Below, one piece after another: positions 45,173 to 56,370 of a stretch of DNA of 64,000 nucleotides. The notes under the pieces were generated by a model that saw only the letters and a program-made list of their open reading frames with translations, made no database searches and was not told the origin of the DNA. The translations under genes and the position numbers were made by a program. Source of the DNA: Acutalibacteraceae bacterium. GTDB lineage: Bacteria > Bacillota > Clostridia > Oscillospirales > Acutalibacteraceae. The DNA is taken from positions 302 to 64,301 of the forward strand of contig JAZUQS010000060.1 in NCBI GenBank assembly GCA_045605825.1, given 5' to 3'. How positions within the stretch are numbered: the first letter of the stretch is position 1; every line of letters begins with the position of its first letter.

Positions 45173-47086
45173 ATGGAAAACAAAAATGAATTCAAACCCT
45201 ATATTGCCGCTGAAAAGGTGACTCCCGAAATGACGGTAACGTCTATTATTATGGGCGTTATTCTTGCGGTAGTTTTCGGTGCGGCTAACGCATACCTCGG
45301 TCTAAGAGTTGGTATGACCGTTTCTGCATCAATCCCTGCAGCAGTTATTGCTATGGGCGTTATTCGTATAATTATGCGAAAAAATTCAATTCTTGAAAGT
45401 AACATTGTTCAGACAATCGGCTCTGCAGGTGAATCTCTTGCAGCTGGTGCTATATTTACTCTTCCTGCACTCTTCCTTTGGGCAGCAGAGGGAAAAATGG
45501 ACAAGCCCGATATGCTTGAAATCACTCTTATTGCTCTTATCGGTGGCCTTTTAGGTGTGTTCTTTATGGTGCCTTTGAGAAATGCACTTATCGTAAAAGA
45601 ACACGGTGTACTTCCTTATCCGGAGGGAACTGCTTGTGCAGAGGTTCTTCTTGCAGGTGAAAAGGGCGGTGCTAATGCATCAACTGTTTTTGCCGGTATG
45701 GGCTTTGCCGCTTTGTTTAAATTTATAATTGACGGACTTAAGCTCGTTTCAGGTGAAGTTTCTGCAAGCGTAAAGGGCTTTGCTGGTGAAATCGGTACTC
45801 AGATTTACCCCGCTGTTATGAGCGTTGGTTTCATTTGCGGTGCAAGAATTTCTTCATTTATGTTTGCCGGCGGTATGTTAAGCTGGCTTGTGCTTATCCC
45901 TCTTATAGTTCTTTTCGGTGCGGATATCACTCTTTATCCCGGTACAGCACCTATCAGCGAAATTTTCGCCTCAGGCGGTGCCGGTGCTATCTGGAGCACT
46001 TATATCAGATATATCGGTGCGGGTGCTCTTGCGGCAGGCGGTATTATAAGCCTTATTAAAAACCTTCCCCTTATCGTTAAAACCTTCAGCGGTGCTATGA
46101 AGAGCATGAAGGGTACAGGTGCAGCATCTCAAGAACGTACAGCACAGGACCTTAACCTTAAAATTGTTGTAATAGCAATTATTGTTCTTACTTTACTTAT
46201 CTGGCTTATTCCTGCAATTCCTGTTTCACTTTTAGGTGCGGCAATTATCGTTGTATTCGGCTTTTTCTTTGCAACCGTTTCTTCAAGAATGGTTGGTCTT
46301 GTGGGTAGTAGTAACAACCCCGTTTCAGGTATGGCAATTGCTACGCTTCTTATTGCAACTCTTATTCTCAAGGTTACAGGTATGGATGGCGTTGAGGGTA
46401 TGTGCAGCGCTATTGCGATCGGCTCTATTATTTGTATCGTTTCCGCTATTGCGGGTGATACTTCTCAAGACCTTAAAACAGGTTATATTTTAGGTTCAAC
46501 ACCTAAAAAACAGCAGATAGGTGAAGTTATCGGTTCAGTTGCTGCTGCTCTTGCTATCGGCGGAACTCTTTACCTTCTTGACAGTGCATGGGGCTTCGGT
46601 TCAGACCAGCTTGGTGCACCTCAGGCTACTCTTATGAAGCTTATTATTGAAGGTGTTATGGGTGGCGATCTTCCTTGGGGTCTTGTGTTTATCGGTGTGT
46701 TTATTGCTATTGTTGTTGAAATTATCGGTATTCCCGTGCTTCCCTTTGCAATCGGCGTGTATCTTCCCGTTCAGCTTAATGCTTGTATAATGGTGGGTGG
46801 CGTTATCCGTCTTCTTATGGAAAAGATGAATAAGAAGGAAGAAGAAAAACAGGAAATTATCAACGACGGTGTTCTTTTCTCATCAGGTATGATTGCCGGT
46901 GAAGGTCTTGTAGGTATTCTTCTTGCGTTACTTGCAGTTTTCGGCGTTGATTCTGCAATTGACCTTTCAGCAAGATTCGGTATTTCAAAAACAGTTGCCG
47001 ATATCGGCGGTATAGTTCTTTTTGCAATCATAATTCTTACGTTGCTTAAGTTCACTGTTTTCAAAAAGAGAAATAAAAAAGCATGA
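45173..47086 (+). CDS. OPT-family oligopeptide transporter
   Basis: 637 aa with about 16 TM segments. N-terminal EMTVTSIIMGVILAVVFGAANAYLGLRVGMTVSASIPAAV matches the bacterial OPT superfamily pattern. Confidence 0.85.
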   Translation: MENKNEFKPYIAAEKVTPEMTVTSIIMGVILAVVFGAANAYLGLRVGMTVSASIPAAVIAMGVIRIIMRKNSILESNIVQTIGSAGESLAAGAIFTLPALFLWAAEGKMDKPDMLEITLIALIGGLLGVFFMVPLRNALIVKEHGVLPYPEGTACAEVLLAGEKGGANASTVFAGMGFAALFKFIIDGLKLVSGEVSASVKGFAGEIGTQIYPAVMSVGFICGARISSFMFAGGMLSWLVLIPLIVLFGADITLYPGTAPISEIFASGGAGAIWSTYIRYIGAGALAAGGIISLIKNLPLIVKTFSGAMKSMKGTGAASQERTAQDLNLKIVVIAIIVLTLLIWLIPAIPVSLLGAAIIVVFGFFFATVSSRMVGLVGSSNNPVSGMAIATLLIATLILKVTGMDGVEGMCSAIAIGSIICIVSAIAGDTSQDLKTGYILGSTPKKQQIGEVIGSVAAALAIGGTLYLLDSAWGFGSDQLGAPQATLMKLIIEGVMGGDLPWGLVFIGVFIAIVVEIIGIPVLPFAIGVYLPVQLNACIMVGGVIRLLMEKMNKKEEEKQEIINDGVLFSSGMIAGEGLVGILLALLAVFGVDSAIDLSARFGISKTVADIGGIVLFAIIILTLLKFTVFKKRNKKA

Positions 47087-47430
47087 AAAAGAACAATAAA
47101 GTAAGGGAGAATTATCTTGAAAAAATCCCTGTAAAAAATCCTGAAATTAATTGGTCAACCGATGACAATGGAATAGTAACTCTTGAGGTTGAAAATAAAG
47201 GTTTGGCAAACAGAATAGCTCAAAAGCTTTTGAAAAAACCGAAAATCAGCTTTATTCATCTTGACGAAAACGGTAGCTTCGTTTGGCCTCTTATAGACGG
47301 AGAAAGGGATATAATTGAAATCGGCAAGCTTGTTGAAGCTCATTTTGGCGAAAAAGCAAATCCGCTGTACGAAAGACTAGTTAAATTTTTTCAGATTCTT
47401 GAAAATTATAATTTTATTAGTTGGAAATAA
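47083..47430 (+). CDS. PqqD-family (RRE-like) small protein
   Basis: 115 aa. ATGA start/stop overlap with the OPT gene. The C-terminal half LDENGSFVWPLIDGERDIIEIGKLVEAHFGEKANPLYERLVKFFQILENYNFI fits the PqqD winged-helix pattern. Confidence 0.5.
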   Translation: MKKNNKVRENYLEKIPVKNPEINWSTDDNGIVTLEVENKGLANRIAQKLLKKPKISFIHLDENGSFVWPLIDGERDIIEIGKLVEAHFGEKANPLYERLVKFFQILENYNFISWK

Positions 47431-47475
47431 AATTTTTTGATTCGTTTCATAATTGTTTTTTGAGGAGAAGCAAAG

Positions 47476-48492
47476 ATGAAAAAAAGAGTTTTATACTACG
47501 ATGTTTTGAATATAGTATCTGCTTTTTGTGTAATTGCGATGCATTGTAATAGCTTGGTTTATGGTTATAATGATAGCTTTGCATGGAGACAGTCCCTTTT
47601 TGTGGAAACTTTTGCATATTGGCCTGTACCGATATTTTTAATGATTTCAGGTGCAACGCTTGTTGGGTATAGAGATCGATATACTACTAGCGAATTCTTT
47701 AAAAAGAGAGTTTTAAAAACAACCATCCCATTCGTTATATGGTCGCTGATAAGTGCTTTTGCAAATAAGGCTGATTTTTCGGAACTTGGTATTCGCGGGG
47801 TTTTAAATGGTATTGTTACATGTTCTTTTGAAGAGGTTTATTGGTTTTTTCCGATGCTGTTTTCTATGTATCTTGCTATGCCTGTGATTTCACTTTTGAA
47901 GGATAACAGAAAAATCTTGTGGTATATGGTAGGAACGGCATTTATTTTGAATTCTGTTTTACCTATTGTATTTAGATGGTTAGGGCTTACGTGGAACAGT
48001 TCTTTGTCAGCGGTTACTGTGAGTGGTTTTTTGATTTTCCCTATTCTTGGATATCTTCTCTCTATCGAAGAGATAAAAAAACAAAAAAGAATAGTTTTAT
48101 ATGCAGCAGCTTTTGGTTGTGCGGCGTTTAGGTTTGGTATGACGGTTGTTTTATCAAGAAGAGATGGTGCACTGAATACAACATATTTTGATTATCTGGG
48201 CTTTTATTCAATAATTCTTTCTGCGGGTGTTTTTGTTTTTGCAAAGAACTCACGATTAATTGAAGCTATAAGCAAGAAAGAGAAAATAGTAAATGTTATA
48301 AAAATTATTTCAGGTTGTAGCTTTGGTGTTTATTTGCTTCATATGCAATTAATTAATAAATTGCTTGTTGAGGTTTTCCCGAAGGATAGTTTGGAGTGGC
48401 GAATAGTAGGACCAGTTTTAGTTTATATTTTGGCAGTTGCTATTGTTTTTGTAATAAAAAAGATTCCTCTTGTGAAAAAAATAGTACCGTAA
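47476..48492 (+). CDS. Membrane-bound acyltransferase family 3 (O-acetyltransferase-like)
   Basis: 338 aa with about 10 TM segments. N-terminal YDVLNIVSAFCVIAMHCNS is the typical Acyl_transf_3 His-containing first helix. Confidence 0.75.
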   Translation: MKKRVLYYDVLNIVSAFCVIAMHCNSLVYGYNDSFAWRQSLFVETFAYWPVPIFLMISGATLVGYRDRYTTSEFFKKRVLKTTIPFVIWSLISAFANKADFSELGIRGVLNGIVTCSFEEVYWFFPMLFSMYLAMPVISLLKDNRKILWYMVGTAFILNSVLPIVFRWLGLTWNSSLSAVTVSGFLIFPILGYLLSIEEIKKQKRIVLYAAAFGCAAFRFGMTVVLSRRDGALNTTYFDYLGFYSIILSAGVFVFAKNSRLIEAISKKEKIVNVIKIISGCSFGVYLLHMQLINKLLVEVFPKDSLEWRIVGPVLVYILAVAIVFVIKKIPLVKKIVP

Positions 48493-48519
48493 TCGGTTTG
48501 GCTGAAAGGTGGAAAAATA

Positions 48520-49485
48520 ATGTCAAAGGTAAGTATTATTGTTCCAGTTTATAACGTTGAAAAATATCTTGATAAATGCGTAGAATCTTTAGTGAATCAG
48601 ACTTACAAGGATATAGAAATTATTCTTGTTGACGATGGCTCGCCTGATAATTGCGGTAAAATGTGCGATGAATGGGCAAAGAAGGATGAAAGAGTTATCG
48701 TCTACCATAAGGAAAACGGAGGTCTTTCTGATGCACGTAATTACGGTATTGACAGATGTACAGGTGAATATATAGCATTTGCAGACTCTGATGATTACGT
48801 AGCAGAAAATTACATTGAATTTATGTACAATTTGCTTTCTGAAAATGAGAGTTGCAAGGTATCTGCTTGTGATATATGCTCTGTGAGAAATGGTGTTGAA
48901 TCACCTTATTCTGACTTTGAGGGCTCAATTGTTTTTAGTAGACGAGATGCTTTTGAAAGAGTCTTATATCATGATTTGATAGATGTTAGTGCTTACGCAA
49001 AATTATATAAAAGAGAAGTCTTTGATGATATCCGTTATCCTGTGGGTAGGATTTACGAGGATACGTATATATTCGGTGATATTTTAAATAAAACTGATTT
49101 TATTGTTTTTGGTGGAGAGGCGCTTTATTATTACGTTCAAAGAGATGATTCCATAGTTAGCGGAGCTTTTACTGAAAAAAGACTTCAATACATTGATTCT
49201 GTTGAAAGACTTGTAAAGGCGGCAGAAGAGTGTGACCCGGAGTTGAAAGAGGGGTGCATACGAAGAATGTCTCACGCGTATTTCAGCGTTTTGAGATATA
49301 TGGATAAATGCGATAAACATTTTTTTGATTTAAGAAAAGATTTGAGAAATAAAATTATTGCAACAGCAGAATCTGTGCTTAATAATCCTAAAACACCAAA
49401 AAGAGATAAACTTGCAATTATAAGTTTAAAGTTTGGTCTCAAACCATTCTTTTGGGCATGGAATTTGTATGGAAAAATAAGATAA
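48520..49485 (+). CDS. Family 2 glycosyltransferase
   Basis: SIIVPVYNVEKYLDKCVESLVNQTYKDIEIILVDDGSPD and the DSDD (DxD) motif. Confidence 0.88.
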   Translation: MSKVSIIVPVYNVEKYLDKCVESLVNQTYKDIEIILVDDGSPDNCGKMCDEWAKKDERVIVYHKENGGLSDARNYGIDRCTGEYIAFADSDDYVAENYIEFMYNLLSENESCKVSACDICSVRNGVESPYSDFEGSIVFSRRDAFERVLYHDLIDVSAYAKLYKREVFDDIRYPVGRIYEDTYIFGDILNKTDFIVFGGEALYYYVQRDDSIVSGAFTEKRLQYIDSVERLVKAAEECDPELKEGCIRRMSHAYFSVLRYMDKCDKHFFDLRKDLRNKIIATAESVLNNPKTPKRDKLAIISLKFGLKPFFWAWNLYGKIR

Positions 49486-49520
49486 TTGAGGCTGAAAGTA
49501 AAACGGTTTGTTATAATTAC

Positions 49521-49553
49521 AAAAAGTTCTGTGACTTCACAGAACTTTTTTTA
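49521..49553 (+). terminator. Rho-independent terminator
   Basis: Stem AGTTCTGTG / CACAGAACT with loop ACTT, followed by TTTTTTT. Confidence 0.8.
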
Positions 49554-49643
49554 TAGGTGATAATAATAAGATTTTTGTAATATAATAATATTATTAAGTA
49601 ATTGTAAATTATAGGAAAACAAAGAAGAATTTTTCAAAAACTC

Positions 49644-49672
49644 TTGATTATTTTATAAGAAAAGGGTATTAT
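49644..49672 (+). promoter_or_regulatory. Sigma-70-type promoter of groESL
   Basis: TTGATT (49644-49649), 17-nt spacer, TATTAT (49667-49672), directly upstream of CIRCE. Confidence 0.65.
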
Positions 49673-49676
49673 ATAT

Positions 49677-49703
49677 TTAGCACTCAAGACAAGAGAGTGC
49701 TAA
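49677..49703 (+). promoter_or_regulatory. CIRCE operator (HrcA binding site)
   Basis: TTAGCACTC-AAGACAAGA-GAGTGCTAA is a perfect match to the consensus TTAGCACTC-N9-GAGTGCTAA. Confidence 0.95.
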
Positions 49704-49722
49704 AACAAAAAACAACCCATAA

Positions 49723-50049
<327 letters not shown>

Positions 50050-50069
50050 TATATAGGAGGAAAACTTAA

Positions 50070-51716
<1,647 letters not shown>

Positions 51717-51914
51717 GCATTTTTTCGTGTTTTGCGATTTTTCACCCGCTCGACGTATCTTGATACGCCTTCGGGGATGAGAAAATCACAAACCACATCA
51801 AAAATCCAACGCTTAATATAAGTGGCAAATTTCGGAACTGCGTTGGCGATTATAAAGCTCACTACGTTCGTAAGATAATAGATAAAAGATAATATTGAAT
51901 AGATAATAGAAAAG

Positions 51915-51966
51915 GGTCTGCGACGGCGATTATGAATGCTATCGCAGACCTGTTGGTTTTTTTATA
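51915..51966 (+). terminator. Probable groESL terminator, located ~200 nt after the stop codon
   Basis: Stem GGTCTGCGA / TCGCAGACC (18-nt loop) followed by TGTTGGTTTTTTTTAT. This is the first convincing hairpin plus U-tract downstream of groEL. Confidence 0.55.
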
Positions 51967-52113
51967 AACTAAATTGTAGCGAAGCTTATCACTCTTTTTT
52001 ACCTACGGTAAAAAAGAGGAATAGGCTGTCGCAAATCTTCAATTATTTACTCCTTGCGAAGCTTTACAATCGGCACAAAGTGCACCGACACGCCTCACTC
52101 CTCATTTCTCACT

Positions 52114-52148
52114 AAAAAAAGAGATGACGTATTGTCATCTCTTTTTTA
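52114..52148 (-). terminator. Rho-independent terminator (usable on both strands) after the 52153-53082 gene
   Basis: Stem AAAAGAGATGAC / GTCATCTCTTTT with loop GTATT, flanked by A and T runs. Confidence 0.75.
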
Positions 52149-52152
52149 CAAC

Positions 52153-53082
52153 TTATTTCAAAATCTTTTCGCCGTCGAACACGATAATACCGTGACCGCT
52201 GCCTGTTTTACCACCGCTTAAAACGTGGTCTTTAAAGGCTTTTCTTAAAGAGTTATCGGTAGGCCATTTTTTAGGTGACATATAGCCGTATTTACCCATA
52301 ATTCTCCAAGCATCGTTAAATTTATCTTTAGCGTTGCTTTCTATAATTTCAAAGTCATCCATAAATTTAAGAACGTTGGACTTGGGGTTTAAGAAATCTC
52401 TGTGACCCTCGTAAAGAAGCCATGAACCGCATTCGAAAATCATAAGACCGTCTTCTCTGCGACAATCCTTAAAGAATTCGTAAGCTCTCTTATATGAATC
52501 AAGTCTTACGTCGTCAGTAAGTGAAACGCCTGAAGAGGGGATATGGAAGCCAACGGTTTTATCACCCTTTTTGATTGTAATACCGCAAGAAGATGTATAA
52601 TCATCTCTTCCGAATGTTGAGTATTCAAATTGGAATCTGCCAAGGGCGAAACGGTTAAGCTTATAGAAGCCGTCAAACCAACCGCCTACAAAAGTTCCGT
52701 ATTTTTCTTTACAGTCAACACATTCGTCGAATTTGTATTTTAAGTCTTGCATTGTGTCCCAGAAAAGCTCGTCACTTAAGTTAGCCTCTTTGTAAAGGTT
52801 ATGCATTCTTTCGCTGCAAACTAAAAGGAAAACAAAGTGAAGAGAATATTGGTTTACTCTGTGTAAAAGAGCGATTTTTGAAAGCTCTTCCATTGCTTTG
52901 CCGAAATCGTGAGCTTCGGGATACATATATGTATTGATAACGTCGTCAAATCTCTTTGAAAACAATTTGCTTTTTTCTATTTTATTTGCAATTTTCTCGA
53001 AAAGCTCTTTTGCTTCCTCGGGAAGACCTAATCTTTTTTCAACCTCTAAAAAATGTTCGTTGCAATATTTCATTATAGCCAT
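52153..53082 (-). CDS. Hypothetical protein (possibly DUF5596 / GNAT-like acyltransferase-domain family)
   Basis: 309-aa ORF with good coding character. The family assignment is from memory of similar Clostridia proteins and is unverified. Confidence 0.4.
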   Translation of the reverse strand: MAIMKYCNEHFLEVEKRLGLPEEAKELFEKIANKIEKSKLFSKRFDDVINTYMYPEAHDFGKAMEELSKIALLHRVNQYSLHFVFLLVCSERMHNLYKEANLSDELFWDTMQDLKYKFDECVDCKEKYGTFVGGWFDGFYKLNRFALGRFQFEYSTFGRDDYTSSCGITIKKGDKTVGFHIPSSGVSLTDDVRLDSYKRAYEFFKDCRREDGLMIFECGSWLLYEGHRDFLNPKSNVLKFMDDFEIIESNAKDKFNDAWRIMGKYGYMSPKKWPTDNSLRKAFKDHVLSGGKTGSGHGIIVFDGEKILK

Positions 53083-53096
53083 ACTTCCTTTACAAA

Positions 53097-54455
53097 TTAA
53101 TTCTTAAGACTGTTAAGGGGAGCAGGTATTCTGCCACCTCTTGAAATAAAATCAAAACTGCTTTCTTTATGAACGGGCATAACGGGTGCCGTACCTAAAA
53201 GACCGCCCATTTCAATTGAATCACCAACTGTTTTGTTAGGTGCAGGGATAATTCTTACAGCAGTTGTTTTATTGTTTATCATACCGATAGCGGCTTCATC
53301 GGCAATAATCGCAGAAATTGTTTCTGCAGAGGTATCACCGGGGACAGCTATCATATCAAGACCAACAGAGCATACGCAGGTCATAGCCTCTAATTTATCA
53401 AGTGTGAGAGTGCCTTGTTCTGCGGCGGCAATCATACCCTCGTCTTCAGAAACGGGTATAAATGCACCTGAAAGACCACCAACACTTGAAGAAGCCATAA
53501 CGCCACCCTTTTTAACTGCATCATTAAGAAGAGCAAGAGCTGCGGTTGTACCGTGAGTACCGCAAACCTCAACACCGATTTCTTCAAGAATTCTTGCAAC
53601 GGAGTCGCCGGTTGCGGGTGTGGGTGCAAGGCTCAAGTCAACTATACCGAATTCTGCACCAAGGCGTTTTGAAGCCTCGCAAGCAATAAGCTGACCCATT
53701 CTTGTAATCTTAAATGCAGTTTTCTTAATTGTTTCAGCAACAACGTCAAAGGGCTCGCCTTTTATACCCTTAAGTGCGTTATAAACAACACCGGGGCCTG
53801 AAACGCCAACGTTTATAGCACATTCAGGCTCACCTTCGCCGTGAAAAGCACCTGCCATAAAGGGATTATCCTCAACTGCGTTACAGAATACAACAAGCTT
53901 TGCACAGCCGAAGCCGTCACGGTCTTTAGTTATATCCGCAGTTTTCTTTATGGTTTCGCCCATAAGCTTTACGGCATCCATATTTATACCCGCTCTTGTA
54001 GAGCCTACGTTAACAGATGAACAAACAAAATCAGTACAAGCAAGTGCTTCGGGGATAGAGCTTATAAGACGTCTGTCACCGATAGTAAAGCCTTTTTGAA
54101 CAAGGGCAGAGAAACCGCCTATAAAGTTTACACCGCACTCCTTTGCAGCCTTGTCGAGAGCCTTTGCGAAGATAGTATAATCTTCGGTTTCACAGCTTTC
54201 AGCCGCAATAGCAATAGGCGTTACAGAGATTCGTTTGTTAATAATCGGGATACCCATTTCTCGTTCAAGGTCTTCACCTGTTTTAACGAGATTTTCTGCG
54301 TATTTTGTGATTTTGTCATACATCTTCTGTGCACAGATTTCGGGGTTGGGATGAGCACAGTTCCTTAAAGAAATACCCATAGTTATAGTACGGATATCAA
54401 GATGCTGGTTATCAATCATATTAAGAGTTTCAATTATTTCACGCTGATTGATCAT
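53097..54455 (-). CDS. UPF0210 (DUF711, PFL-like) family protein
   Basis: 452 aa. The N-terminus [25 protein letters not shown] is typical of the family. It is paired with an ACT protein, as is usual. Confidence 0.8.
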   Translation of the reverse strand: MINQREIIETLNMIDNQHLDIRTITMGISLRNCAHPNPEICAQKMYDKITKYAENLVKTGEDLEREMGIPIINKRISVTPIAIAAESCETEDYTIFAKALDKAAKECGVNFIGGFSALVQKGFTIGDRRLISSIPEALACTDFVCSSVNVGSTRAGINMDAVKLMGETIKKTADITKDRDGFGCAKLVVFCNAVEDNPFMAGAFHGEGEPECAINVGVSGPGVVYNALKGIKGEPFDVVAETIKKTAFKITRMGQLIACEASKRLGAEFGIVDLSLAPTPATGDSVARILEEIGVEVCGTHGTTAALALLNDAVKKGGVMASSSVGGLSGAFIPVSEDEGMIAAAEQGTLTLDKLEAMTCVCSVGLDMIAVPGDTSAETISAIIADEAAIGMINNKTTAVRIIPAPNKTVGDSIEMGGLLGTAPVMPVHKESSFDFISRGGRIPAPLNSLKN

Positions 54456-54463
54456 ATTACACC

Positions 54464-54733
54464 TCAGATTTTGTGCATAGCATCAAAAATTTCTTCCTTT
54501 TGTATACGGATGCTAACCCCTAAACGCTCGCCCTCTTTGTCGAGTGCTTCAACAATCTGAGCGTAGTCAACGTTAGCGTTTTTGATGTCAACAAGCATAT
54601 TCATTGTAAACATATTTTCAAGAACAGTCTGGCTGATGTCAAGAATATTTACGTTTATTTTTTCAAGGGCAACACAAACACCGGCTATAATGCCGACCTT
54701 GTCTTTACCTACAACGGTTATAATAGCATTCAT
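54464..54733 (-). CDS. ACT-domain protein (UPF0237 family)
   Basis: Start set to ATG 54733 (GTGAGG upstream). [19 protein letters not shown]... 89 aa. Confidence 0.75.
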   Translation of the reverse strand: MNAIITVVGKDKVGIIAGVCVALEKINVNILDISQTVLENMFTMNMLVDIKNANVDYAQIVEALDKEGERLGVSIRIQKEEIFDAMHKI

Positions 54734-54794
54734 ATTAAGTACCTCACTAACCAATATTTAATTCATTTTATCACAAGTAAAAATAGATTACAAT

Positions 54795-54835
54795 AAAAAA
54801 CAAAAAGAAAACTGCTCTTCTTTTCAGAAGAGCAG
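54795..54835 (-). terminator. Rho-independent terminator after the secreted PHP protein gene
   Basis: On the minus strand: CTGCTCTTC-loop-GAAGAGCAG followed by TTTTCTTTTTGTTTTTT. Confidence 0.8.
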
Positions 54836-54854
54836 CAAATTTTAAATAATTTAA

Positions 54855-56354
54855 TTAGTTAAGAGCATCCCAAAGAATCTGGAAGAATTCCAATGAACCG
54901 AGAAGTCTTACGAGAGTATCGGGGATGAAGCTTAAAATCCACCAGAAGTCTGTGAAATCCTTTGCTTCTGCTTCGGGAGCTTCTTCATACTCAAGAAGCA
55001 TAGCCTGAGTATAAGCAATACCGCCAACGCCGAAAACTTCAGCTCTTACGTAGCTGCCGATATATTTTGAATAATCGTCAAGGTCAATAGACTCGCCGTA
55101 AGCAATTGTTTCACCGTCTGCAATCCAACGAACACAAAGACCGTCTGTTACGTTAAGAGTGATTGTATCGTCACCGTCGTCAACGATTACGGAGTTAATA
55201 ACGGGAGCATCAACGTCAAGAGGTGCTTCGTATTTTGCATCGTAATCTGTTTTCTGTCTTTCAAGGATATCGTTAGCAATAGCAACTGCTTCTGCGTTAC
55301 CGTTTGCATTTTCAAGAAGATAGTTTGCAATTTCTTCAAGCTCTTCATGGTTGCCTAAACATTTACTTGAGGGGAAGAAAGCGCCCGTTTTCATTGATGT
55401 GTAAAGAGCATCAACTGTCTGCTCGGGCATAAGCATTTCTGTGTAGCCGGTGTAAGCTGCATCAGTGCTGTGAGCATCACTTGTTGCAATTGCGAAAACG
55501 TTTCTGCCTGAAGGAGCAAGGTTCATAAGAAGAATGTCCCAAAGCTTTCTGTCGAAACGTGTTCTTGAGTCACCCTTACTGTTGATATCAATACCTAAGC
55601 AAGAATCATACGTAGCAAGAAGATGTGTGAATTTATCAATGTAATATTTGTACATTGGATCACTGTAGTCATATGCATCTGCTGTAGTGTCCTCGTCACG
55701 GGCGTTTGTGTATTCGCCGGGATGGTTAATAACTGAAAGACCGCCCATTTCGTGAACTGCTTTAATGGGTGTTTCGTAGTCGCTTGTACCGCCGAGAACA
55801 CCGTTACCGTAATCAGCAAACCATGTGTTTACGTGAGCATTGTTAAGTGAACTGGGGTTCTGCTCGTTTGCGTAAGGTACGCGAAGCATTTTGTGGTCGG
55901 GAGTTGTTTCCTGGAAGTAGTAATCGCCACCGTTTTCAGTAACAACCTGATAGGGTACACCTTCAAAGGTAAGACCGCCTGATGCCTCAAGGGCAACCAT
56001 TTCTGTATTAGGGTTTCTCATATCAACGAAAACCTTAAGAGCGGGGATAACCTGCTGCTCTGTCCAGCTGTAGCTTGTAAGACCGTGGTCAGAGGTTGCG
56101 TAAATATCGAAACCGTAGCCGTAGTTAATTTCAATCATATCCTTAAGAGAACTACGACCGTCAGATGCAGTTGTATGAGTATGAAGATCAGCCTTGTACT
56201 GATTCCAAGACCAGTCAACGTCTGCATAAGGGCTTATGATTGTGTAGTCGCGTTCAGCACCTGCAGCGTAAACGCCTGTTGAAAGAGCACCTGCAAGAAG
56301 TGCAACAACACAAATAACGGAGATAATTTTTTTAATTTTTCTCATTGTAGTCAC
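54855..56354 (-). CDS. Secreted PHP-domain phosphoesterase-like protein
   Basis: Signal peptide (ALLAGALSTGVYAAGA). PHP motifs DLHTHTTASDG and ATSDH. Confidence 0.65.
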   Translation of the reverse strand: MTTMRKIKKIISVICVVALLAGALSTGVYAAGAERDYTIISPYADVDWSWNQYKADLHTHTTASDGRSSLKDMIEINYGYGFDIYATSDHGLTSYSWTEQQVIPALKVFVDMRNPNTEMVALEASGGLTFEGVPYQVVTENGGDYYFQETTPDHKMLRVPYANEQNPSSLNNAHVNTWFADYGNGVLGGTSDYETPIKAVHEMGGLSVINHPGEYTNARDEDTTADAYDYSDPMYKYYIDKFTHLLATYDSCLGIDINSKGDSRTRFDRKLWDILLMNLAPSGRNVFAIATSDAHSTDAAYTGYTEMLMPEQTVDALYTSMKTGAFFPSSKCLGNHEELEEIANYLLENANGNAEAVAIANDILERQKTDYDAKYEAPLDVDAPVINSVIVDDGDDTITLNVTDGLCVRWIADGETIAYGESIDLDDYSKYIGSYVRAEVFGVGGIAYTQAMLLEYEEAPEAEAKDFTDFWWILSFIPDTLVRLLGSLEFFQILWDALN

Positions 56355-56370
56355 CTTTCTTTATTTTTAA

